Assembly (NCBI GenBank): GCA_044892525.1
Contig: CM097885.1
Coordinates: 50,842,001-50,906,000 of the forward strand
Origin: Schmidtea polychroa
Taxonomy: Eukaryota
DNA: 64,000 nucleotides
Direction: 5' to 3'
Numbering within the stretch: the stretch's first letter is position 1; each line of letters opens with the position of its first letter. The translations under genes and the position numbers were made by a program. This document shows, one piece after another, positions 53,390-64,000 of the stretch. The notes beneath the pieces were generated by a model. It saw only the letters and a list, made by a program, of their open reading frames with translations, ran no database searches and was not told the DNA's origin.

Positions 53390-53885
53390 ACATCTGTTCA
53401 TTCCTGGTCTATGTTGTAATTCATTCCAAATTGATAAAAATTTAACCACAGTAAATGTACTTGATTCAATCTTAAGATTCTTTAAATAGTAGTGTACATT
53501 GCTAATCACTAACAAATTATACTGTTATTTAGTTTTTGACTTTTGTTGAAATATCATAACTCCTCTTAAGATTGATACAATCTCTTTAACCACTCAATTC
53601 GTACGTGCCGTGTTGTATTTGAATCCTGCAATTCCACTTCATACTTGATGACACAAACCTAAGAATTTCATCGCTTCTGTAATCCACTTGAACTTCTTTG
53701 AATTTGTTTGTACTCCATTTTTTCTGATGGTGTAAACAACGAATTTTAATTTGGTTTTGTAAATCTCACCTCCGGATTTTTTCTTAATTTTGTTTTTTAT
53801 TATCTACCAATAACTAATCATTTACATCACCTTGCAATTTACAAGAATATCGTCCAAGTAAACAATATACCTCAACATTGCGTTA
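53390..53885 (-). pseudogene. degenerate Gypsy reverse transcriptase fragment
   Basis: IVYLDDILV (YLDD at 53860-53849) and downstream KFLGLC; broken frames. Confidence 0.7.
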
Positions 53886-54174
53886 TCACTAACAAATCAC
53901 ATTGGGTTACGCAATGTACACTAAACTGATTGCTATTTAGTCCTTGACTTTTAATCCAATATCCTAACTACCTTTATATAAATAAATTACCCATTTTAAA
54001 AGTCCGTTGGCAATTTTAAAATATTAAACCTACACGAATTCACATAATTGACTCAAAGCAATATATAAAACAAAAAGCTAACTTGAGGTCGTCCACAAAG
54101 TTATTTTCGCTCACACCCGTCCTCGTGGACGTCCTTTATGGATAATATGTTAACTTTAACCTATGTTAACTTTA

Positions 54175-55648
54175 TGTTGAGCAAAAGCTGAATTTTAGCT
54201 CATGGTCGAATAACATGATCGGAACGAGTCAGTAAATGGTATATAGACACAGCACTAAGTTACAATAAGAACAAGTAAAATATCAAGTAAACACCATTAA
54301 AAGAACTTACACAACACAAAAATAAAACAAGATTAAGAAGTGTTGCACAAAAAACACAAACATATCATAGATAAATAACCGAAAATAAACAAATGCGAGT
54401 TAATGACAATAAGAGAAAATAAGAATAGAAATGAAAAATATTTCTACAAAATATCATTAAAAATGAATTAAGAGTTAAAATAGTATTGTAAACGCCAAAT
54501 GTTAGAATATTCTATGAATATGGCGAAATATGTCATGTTAGCTAAAACTAATTGAAATATGGTCATAAAATAAAATCGCTAAACCTATTTTGGTCACATC
54601 CACCATTATAAAAGACAAGGTAGTAAATCATGAACGATATTTACCTGCGAGGAATGAGTAGTTCCAACTTCGCCGTTCATCGGTAATCTCCTTGTGGCCT
54701 GTGTAGACGATGGCTAGTAAAAAACATAAACGTATTAAACTCCTCAGTGTCTACATTTGGTACGCCACAGCGCGCCCGTGCCAAAAATTTAGAAATATAG
54801 TGTTGGATATAGGAGTTAGGCTAGAAATAATAAAGCTTAGAAATAAGGATGGAACTCCAAATATATTAATGGATAGTTTTGAATAAGGAGAAAATAAGGT
54901 GGATCAAATAGAAATAAGTGCGGATCTCTGCGCAAAATTTTGGAAAGACATCTTTAAATAAGAACGATTATTATAAAGGATCTAAAATAGATTAAATAAA
55001 ACTGAAAGTCTGAGTGGATTGCTACTCAAAACTATATCACTTATAACAGGAAACTAAAACTAAAGTTAAAATCGAGAAAAAGGAGCAAATCCCAAAATCA
55101 AATAAAGAAATAAGGGTAACTCCAACCGAAAATTTTGTTAGCTTGTTATTTTAAAATGCATAAATTCTTCGAGGAGCCAGTTTTATAGTTCGGCTTAAAG
55201 TCATGAAGGGGAATAACGTAAATCATAAAACTATACAGTAAAGAGACAACTAAAGTAAATTAGGAAGTAATACATCTTCAAACTTGAACAAGACAAAGAC
55301 ATTATATTAACACATAATTCAGAGTCTGTCACATTTACCAAAGTTCATAATATTATAAAATCATCGATAATTGGAATATTAGGTGAACCAAACTATTGAG
55401 AGATTGTGGATGATAACCCGATCAGTGTGACGATTGTGCGGCGAAACCAACGCAGAAGGCCGAAAACTAATGAGTGGAACTGGCAACGATGACAATCAAT
55501 AAACGGATCGAGGCCGTAAAAAGAAATTTTTCGTAATAGGAAAATGTGATTGTCACTGATAAATTGGAATATATCAATAGTCACCCCACGTGTGGACGGG
55601 TTATAAGTGTGTGAAACCAATCGCATGTTGGCAGCCACGTCTCAAACA
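54175..55648 (+). mobile_element. diverged solo LTR related to the TGTTGGGCT family (right end tentative)
   Basis: TGTTGAGCAAAAGCTGA start; GATCTCTGCGCAAAATTTT motif like the family's GATCCCTGCTCAAATTTT; AACA end with TTTA/TGTA flanks (3/4). Confidence 0.45.
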
Positions 55649-56494
55649 TGTAACAGCCATGACATGTGTTGGTTTTCAGACACACAAAATGGAACGTACA
55701 CCTAATTCGGAAAGTTAGCATAATCTATAAGTAGAGACAAGTGTGCTCCATGACTCATCGTTTTTTGTCATTTTTTTGCACTACCCCCACCGATGACTCA
55801 GCGCAAAACAAAGACATATGACTCATCGACGACTCATCCATAGCAACAGTGGTAACTGGGTCAAGGTCATATGACTCATCCATAGCAACGGCTGCAGCTA
55901 GGTCAAGGTCATTCTATTTTTAGTAACAAGGTCACATGACGTCATCGATGACTCATCAAGGTCATTCTATTTCTAGTAACTTGGTCAAGGTAATTCTATT
56001 TTTAGTAACACGGTCATGTGACGTCATCGATGACTCGTCAAGATCATTCTATTTTTAGTAACAAGGTCATATGACTCATCATTTTTGGAACAAAGCCAAC
56101 TGACTCATTATTAAAGTATGTATGACTCATCATTTTTTAAACAAAGACATATTTAATATTTAAATAAATACATTTAAACAAATATTTAAACAAAGACATT
56201 TAATCAAATAATTAAATAAATACATTTAAACAAAGACATTTAAACAAAGACATTTAATCAAATATTTAAATAAATACATTTAAACAAAGACATATAGACA
56301 AAGACTCATCGATGTCTCATAGTTTAGATAGGGGGTTTCTTTTTTTGCATACTCCCCCCCCTTGTATGACTCATCGATGACTTTTTTGAACAAAGACCAA
56401 TCATTTATTTTTAAAACAAAGACTCATCACACGACTCTAATTTTTAGAACAGACTTCTTTTTTGGAAAACCAAAATTTATTGTATGTCACTACA

Positions 56495-56775
<281 letters not shown>

Positions 56776-56905
56776 AAAATAATAATCAACAAAATATATT
56801 TAAATTACAAATTTACAATTTTACATTGTCTTTTTTACAAATGTCGATTGCATTGATTGTTTCTTACAATCTTGGTTTCATTGACAACTAATAATAATAA
56901 AAAAA

Positions 56906-56938
<33 letters not shown>

Positions 56939-56952
56939 TATTACCGAAATGA

Positions 56953-58068
56953 TCAGTAATCTTCTCCGTCAAAATTGTCGTCATCATCATATATAAAAGT
57001 GTCCCTTATCCGATAATGCCCATATGCCAAACTCTTGTTTTTCGATTTCCAATACCGCTTGTCATCTCTATTTGTCAGCGCCTTCTTAATGTTTTTTATG
57101 CTGTACAATTGATGATTTTTGGATGCAATGCGGAATTGTGGCACAGAATAAACCTTATTGTTAAAATAACAATCACGATAGGAATTGTGATCTAAGCCAG
57201 TATCTTTCAACGTGACAGATTTTGCTTTAAGAGTTTCTTTATCACCTAATAAGCTGTAACACTTGGGACGAAGAAACACCCACTCCTTATATCTCAATCC
57301 TTTATTCTCGTCTTTGAATTTTCCAATGACGGAATCTAGTGCTCTACTATATAAAGGATTTTGTGGGTTATAATTAGATGTGTCAAGCAAGGAGTCACGA
57401 ATCATGGCAGGTAAGAGAATGTCAAGACTACAATGTTTAATTTCCAAAAAGAAAGAGTCTGTATCACTAGCTACTATATTAATTTGACAGTTAAACTCAT
57501 CGCGATATTTTTGCAATTCATTATACTGCAACTGATACATTCTCAGTTTAAAAAGATCAAGTACAGTTTGCCCGATGTAGCTGGGCCTATCTAAACATAC
57601 AGACTCTTTCCTAAGCAAAACCGAAATCAAATCATCGTCTATCCTAGTAGATTTCTTAAATGCCGGTTTTGAGGCATATGTGATAAGTTTTTGTGCGGAA
57701 TTGCACAGTCGTAAGTTAATACGTTTTTTCAAGTTCTCAACAGTTTTTCCATACAAACTGTTATTGAGCAACTTGTAATAGTCTTTATCGAGCGGTGTTA
57801 TGGATGCGGCTCGTAGTTGTGTGTTGGTATCTATGTATTTCTTGAAGACAGTGCTTTGTGTATACCTAATAGCCCTATGTACCTTGGTAACAACAACACC
57901 TAACTGAAGAAAGATTTGGAGAAGTCGCCAATGTAGAACATAGTGTGTTTTCGGATCGTGTGTAAGTAGCAACTTCTCCACTTTAGAAAAAGGTGAGCAC
58001 ATCTTACCAGGAGCTACCGGAAAATCATCTAGTTTGTCATGGATAGATTTCGGTATTTTTAAATCTAC
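56953..58068 (-). CDS. protein-primed family B DNA polymerase, C-terminal fragment (Polinton type)
   Basis: Open frame from VDLKIPKSIHDKLDDFPVAP through YKLLNNSLYGKTVEN, SDTDS, LRPKCYS and DDKRY...SLAYGHY; the 5' half is missing. Confidence 0.92.
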   Translation of the reverse strand, partial: VDLKIPKSIHDKLDDFPVAPGKMCSPFSKVEKLLLTHDPKTHYVLHWRLLQIFLQLGVVVTKVHRAIRYTQSTVFKKYIDTNTQLRAASITPLDKDYYKLLNNSLYGKTVENLKKRINLRLCNSAQKLITYASKPAFKKSTRIDDDLISVLLRKESVCLDRPSYIGQTVLDLFKLRMYQLQYNELQKYRDEFNCQINIVASDTDSFFLEIKHCSLDILLPAMIRDSLLDTSNYNPQNPLYSRALDSVIGKFKDENKGLRYKEWVFLRPKCYSLLGDKETLKAKSVTLKDTGLDHNSYRDCYFNNKVYSVPQFRIASKNHQLYSIKNIKKALTNRDDKRYWKSKNKSLAYGHYRIRDTFIYDDDDNFDGEDY

Positions 58069-58078
58069 TTACTTTTAA

Positions 58079-58390
58079 CTTTCGGAATAAAAAAAGCTAT
58101 AATAAATTTGCATGTATTTTATCTTATGTGTGCTGTGTTTGTATGTAAAATTATTTTTCTGTCACTTTCTCAATTCCTTTTAACTTTCGGAACATTAAAT
58201 ATTTGCACACAGCTAAGTTTGTGTGTTCCTATATTATAATTTTATCGATTTTCTTTAGATTATAGAAACTTTTAACATCTGGAATTAGGTGTAGGAGTCG
58301 TAAAAGTGACAGAAAAATAATTAAACATACAAACACAAAACAAATAATGGAAAATGCATGCAAAAATAATATAGCGTTTTTTCCCGAAAT
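58079..58390. mobile_element. TTAA-flanked fold-back MITE (piggyBac-like) at the PolB breakpoint
   Basis: TTAA at 58075-58078 and 58391-58394; long imperfect inverted arms (TTATTTTTCTGTCACTTT / AAAGTGACAGAAAAATAA). Confidence 0.65.
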
Positions 58391-61300
58391 TTAACATTGA
58401 TTAAAATATTGTTAACATATTAATATTTTCATATTATTAAAATATTATGCACAAAAAAACTTTTGAATCAGATTCCGACTGCTCTACCTTGAGCTTCAGA
58501 GAAAAAGAAGAAAATCATCGTAAAATTTAATTATAAAATAATTTAGAATATAAACTTCTTTAGATTTACAGATACTTCTCAGGATACAGTGCCTTTTTGC
58601 GAAGGTGAAAATCTGACAATGTAAGATTTATTCATTAAAATATAAAACATTAAAATATTTTACAGTGTGAAGATAGCATTTCAAATATTGAAGACGGTCC
58701 TTTGACAAATTTGAATTTGCAGAAAAAAATCGCAAATCATAAATTTTAATAAATAATATTTTCATAGAATTACAGATTACTTGGAATCCCCAAAAATTCG
58801 ATTATTTCAATAATTTATAAATATAAAAAAAATGCAGAAATCACCAAAGGAAAAAAAATATTTTATCCATATACGCCGCTCCTTTCATAAATGTCTTAAA
58901 AAAATAAATGTATTTGGTGATTATTTTATTTATTTAGAGTTAAAAATATATTAAAAATATAACTTACATTTTTGCGAAATAATTCCAAATAAATGCATAA
59001 AATGTCATAAAATTCCAAAAAAACACCTGAAATTTAATTATCAATATTTTATATTATAAATGCTGACTACAAGTAATATTTAAGAGCTTGAATAATGATC
59101 TCATAATTATATAAAATAAAAATTCAAGTCTTAAAAATTACTTAAAATTAAAAAACTTACCTGAAAACGATTTAACGATTTAACCGCGCTCCAGGATTAA
59201 TAATCAATATTGTAGATGGTGTGATTAATAATTCAAACTTAGTTTAAAGGATATTAAATTTCATACAGTTTTTGCAGTTATTATTTCTATCATAAATTCT
59301 ATCATAAATTCTTATCAACATGTAGGATTAGACCAGGTGGTCACCCAGGGGGTCAACTTGAGAAAAATATTTTATTAAGGGTCAAGTTCATTTTCAATAT
59401 ATATTATAAAATACATGAGAAAAATAAATATTAAGTACTCTATTATACAATTTGGATAGGAAGGGGATTAAATTCATTGGATTTACTACAAAGGGTACCG
59501 CATTTTTTAATTTAATGACTTTTTATGGTCTTGAGACATGTATGAAACACTTGAGCCCTCCAGTTCCCTTTGGGCGCGTGGCTGGTTTAGATAATTTACC
59601 AAACCGCAAAAATTATGTGAAATGAAGACAAATATTATGGGTCGATGGTAAGTTACAAATTATATTTTTCATTACGTTTATATTTTTTTAGAGTTTTTAA
59701 ATATTTTTAATGTTAATAATATTTTTATGTGAATTAAACCTTCTTATTTATTAAGAATTTCGAGTCATTTATGATTTATTCTAAATTTTTGTATTATTTA
59801 TTAAATATATTTTTATTTAAATACTAAACTTTAATGCTTTTCTAAAATATTTTTGGGGTGATTGTAGTAATGTTCTCTCGGTTCCGTGACCCTGAATACT
59901 TCAAAATAATTATCTTAAGATTTAATATTTCTTTCTTAAATTACATTTTTCGATGGTTTTCTTTATATTTTCCAAAATATCTGGTAATCTATAATCATTT
60001 TCCAAATTTCTAAATAACTTTTTAAATATTAATTCTTTTAAATAAATTATAATAAACATTGCTACCTTTTGTTTCTCTATTACCTATGGAAAGATAGAAT
60101 GCGATAAAGCGCTAGAAAAATCTTCAAATAGCATATTTTTATATTACAAAAAAACACATTATAAATAACGGTGTTCTTAATTTTTGTTCAAAAATGTATT
60201 TCTTAAATTAAACCACTTTAAAAATAATTGATTATTTAAATTTATTAAAATAATATTAAATTTGAAAAATTGTTAATTTGTTAAATCTGAAATATCTATA
60301 GTTTTTTCTTACATGATGATGTCAGTAAAACTGTCGAAATATATCATAAAACATATGTTTGAGGGGTGCTCTCAATTTTTTAAAACAGTACTGAATTAAA
60401 ATTTATTATGTATTTATAAATTTACGAATTATTTAAAAATATTTTTGATATATAATGTAGTCCCTTTGACATTCCAATTAATGCATTGTTAAATTTAGTA
60501 AATTAAAAGACATTGTTTAAATATTCATCCATACAATCTTTTTTGGACATCACAACATTTTATTTCAACATGAATTTAAAACACTGGAATTGCAAGAATT
60601 TGTCGAAAATTTGGTATGGATTTCTCATCGGTATATTCAAGTTCTATGTGACCTACAGTTCAATCTGAAGATCATTTCCAAAGTCAATATTATAATCCTC
60701 TATACAGCTGCTCGTTGACCATGACACCATGACACCACTTCATCTCTATACCAGACGTATAATTATATATAAGGAAAATATAAGGAACTCTGAAAATTCC
60801 ATTGGATGAGCTACGAACACTGATAACACCGAAATATGTAAAAAAACAGAGTGATATATATATATATATATATATATATAATTCTTTGAAAAGAAACCAT
60901 ATAATTTCTACTTTAAAGTAATTATATTATAAAAATGAAGTCTTAATATAAATTTCTGTATTTATGTTTTCTTCATTTCATTAAAAAAATTTATTTCAAA
61001 TTCAATTCTTCAATTCAAAATACAATTTTTCTTTGTCGGTAGAACGGTTCAAATTAATTTATAACCACCGATGCGTTCATCTGTGCACCTGGCCATGTGC
61101 AATCTCATTTAATACTTTCAAAACTAATCAAAAAGAATGAAGAGGAAAATTCTTAATTTATTACCCAAAATAAATTTAATCTAGAATTACATTATAAATA
61201 GACCATAAAATATTTAAAAAAATATTGAATTTTAAAAATAATATTTTTAAAATTGTTTATATTAGTGTAAGTTGAAAATTGGAACTGATAAGACATTCAA

Positions 61301-61437
61301 TTATTAAGGTACTTTTTTAACTCAAAACACATACTCACAGTTTTATAACTCAGAACCCAGACCTCTGAAAAATTAATATAAGTATTTAAAATAATATTTT
61401 ACAGCAATCTAATATAATAATTCTCTTAATATAAATG

Positions 61438-61439
<2 letters not shown>

Positions 61440-61522
<83 letters not shown>

Positions 61523-61560
61523 GTAATAATAATAATAATAATAATAATAGTAGTAATAAT
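61440..61560. repeat. (AAT)n microsatellite
   Basis: Direct reading. Confidence 0.95.
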
Positions 61561-61930
61561 ATAAAACACAGTATATTTTGGTATTTAATTTAAACAGTCT
61601 ACTTAAAAGCAATAAACAAAACTTTACAAAACTATTATTTTTCAAAATCTTTCTCTTTCATTTAATAATAGACATGATTAAAATAATTGTCCAATTATTT
61701 TCCTGTTCATTTCGTAATTTTTCTTAAATATGTGATACTTAATTATTTATAAAAGATTTAGGTTAAAAATCTTGAAACATTTTACTATACTTTTAATAAA
61801 TTTTTAAATCATATTGACGTTTCAACGTTTTGTAATTAAACAAAAAATTTTAATTTAAATTATTTTTCATATTCTTTATATAATTATATTTTCATATTAT
61901 TTTCCATTTTCTAATCTGATTTTAACTATA

Positions 61931-62795
61931 TTTGGGTATTTATGTAAATCGGTATCAATATCTGACTATCTGATGTCATTTTATTAAGCAAATCGAACAA
62001 CCCAACGCAATGATATTTATTCGAAATTACCACAATTACACTTTTTTTATCCACAACAATTTCATTTTGTACCTTTTCTAGTAACATTTTTTATTCTGAA
62101 CAATTTTCAATATCACTTTTAGTCTGGTATAGGGATTGGTCTACCAATAGGAAATCTCCCTTTCTGTTACGCTTAGACTCAACTTGATTTAATTCCAATT
62201 AGCTTTGAATTTACCAAGCTTCTTTTTTTTTCAATCAACTAACAGTTCTGTTGACCTAGTTGCTCTTTTTATACTCATCCTTTAATTAAATTCTTTCCCA
62301 ATAATATTTATTTTGTCATTTTGGGCATCTTTCTCTCCAAGAATCCAAATGCTCACCTAATTTTGTTTTCAATTTGGAGCTTTTTGGTTTTTGGACAATT
62401 CATTTATTTTTATGATAATTTTTCCCGAATTTATTTACAGTTGCGCTCTATATTCTCTCGGGTTTTCCCCATTCCCCAATTTGGCGCGACCTTATTAAAA
62501 TTTTGTTGATCACTCGGATTTTCTTACACTGCTTGGGCTTTCCATTATATAATTAATTTTTAATAAATTTTAGTTTTTTGTAAATATTTCCTTCTGGCAT
62601 CCCCTCCCCCACCTCATTGATTTTATTTTATTATATTTGGACTCGTCCCATTGTTTGGCATTCACCATACCGGGTTCCCACGGAAAATATTTATTTTTAA
62701 TTTGTTTTGATTTTTAATTAATATTTTTTTATCATTGTGAATTTGATGTTTTTATTGATTTTCACTTTATTTTTGTGCATATTACATCGAACACC
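61931..62795. mobile_element. eroded solo-LTR-like element related to 18551-19382
   Basis: Shared blocks TTTATTCGAAATTA.CAC.ATT.CACTTTT and ATTTTATTT.ATTATATTTG.ACTCGTC; termini degraded. Confidence 0.55.
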
Positions 62796-64000
62796 TATGA
62801 TGATTGAATTAAAGAAAATCGCGATTTAATTGCTGAGAATTAAAATTTATTTGAAATGAAGAAGATAATTGGTTTTTGCCACAATTTATTTAAATGTATT
62901 CATAAAATAAAATAGAAATAAAACTCTTTTTCGATATTTATAATTAAGTATGTACCAAAAAAAATTTCTCCAAATACTCCAGATGCAACCGACATTTTAG
63001 ATAAAAATGATGAAGAACTTATAAGTCGTGGTCAAAAACCTTCGTATACCAAAATCTATGCAATTGCACGTAAATAAAAATGGTACATAACAGTAGTGGA
63101 ACTTGGTCCAAATTGTATTCAAATTGAATCCTTTACTCATGAGGAAGATCATATTAGCCAGAAATGACAAATATTTTGCTTTAAAATTAAAAGAATAATT
63201 TCAAATTATATTTAAATGTGAAAGTCAATGTTTGTTTATATCAATAGAATTGAATTTCAAATAAACATCTTCTCCATAGTTTTCAAAACCAAGAAAAAAT
63301 ATTTTCCATATATAATACCCAAGCATTATGTTCCGGGGATTTACTAATTAATTTTTATTGTTTATCAAGAAATTGCCGCTTAATATTATTTTTTTTGTTT
63401 TATCTATTTTTAATTTATTTTAATTTATTTCTTATCGTTATTTTATTTAGATAACACAAACAAACTGCACAAACTAAACAAATTTCGTCATATTAAATTC
63501 ACTTTATTTAAAACAAACAATAAACAATTTTATTGAAAAGTTTTCGAATTATTTAAATTAATAATTTAGTAAGACTAAAACAACTAATCTTTCAAAATTA
63601 GTTAATATATCACAGGTGAAACTTTGAAAATTGATTTTTTGTTTAATTTATAAATCTGTATTGTTTACTGTCGTTTTTGCATGGGAATAACAATTCCCAA
63701 ATGCAATTAAATATTCTCTAATTTGTACAGATAATTTTAATCTGGATAAATGGATAAATGCCAGTATTTTGCTGATAGGGAAAAATCATTTCACTTTCAA
63801 ATACTTAACGAATTACAGATTTTTTATGAAAATTTTAGTTGTGATTGAATTTTTAATATGATTTTTTACATACTCACCTGGTCACCGGCGGCGTAACAAT
63901 GGGGTAGCAAAAGAAAAATAATATTTCAAGGCCTTGAGATAAGAGAAGTTTTACAGAGATTTATTTTCATATCAAATTGCCAAATTCCCTTTGAAAAGAC

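Noticed and set aside
54087..54140. AGGTCGTCCAC...GTGGACGTCCT as an HDV-like ribozyme
   Set aside because: Explained as a simple hairpin; no P2, P4 or catalytic junction.
58470..59170. Cluster of exon-like pieces with short GT-AG introns
   Set aside because: Could not assemble a consistent open frame or recognise a product.
62950..63970. Coding-like fragments near the window end
   Set aside because: Interrupted by stops and no identifiable motif.

Overview
Very AT-rich eukaryotic (animal) genomic DNA with (AAT)n microsatellites, short GT-AG introns and dense, nested transposons. The style suggests a planarian or other flatworm, but that is inference. One host gene is clear: MPC1, with 5 exons including a 4-nt microexon and an ~18.7-kb last intron filled by a non-autonomous LTR element, a pogo fragment and a Tc1 element. 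Other elements are a Tigger split by nested LTRs, many solo Gypsy-type LTRs with 4-bp target-site duplications (TSDs), degenerate Gypsy RT and integrase pieces, several MITEs, and a Polinton/Maverick end carrying a PolB fragment. The main discovery candidate is a pair of giant (~5.2 and ~5.8 kb) solo LTRs of one family, one nested in the other (19407-30407, TSD CGAA; 22040-27881, TSD GTTA). They share an architecture: promoter head, conserved module 1, AT-rich repeats, a cargo slot, and a covarying structured-RNA module 2. Each carries a different protein-coding cargo: an intronless NDUFA7 (complex I subunit) in the outer one and a spliced AT-hook/coiled-coil gene in the inner one. Short relatives (1.7-2 kb) keep module 2 but lack cargo. 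All calls are by eye; no database searches or folding programs were run.
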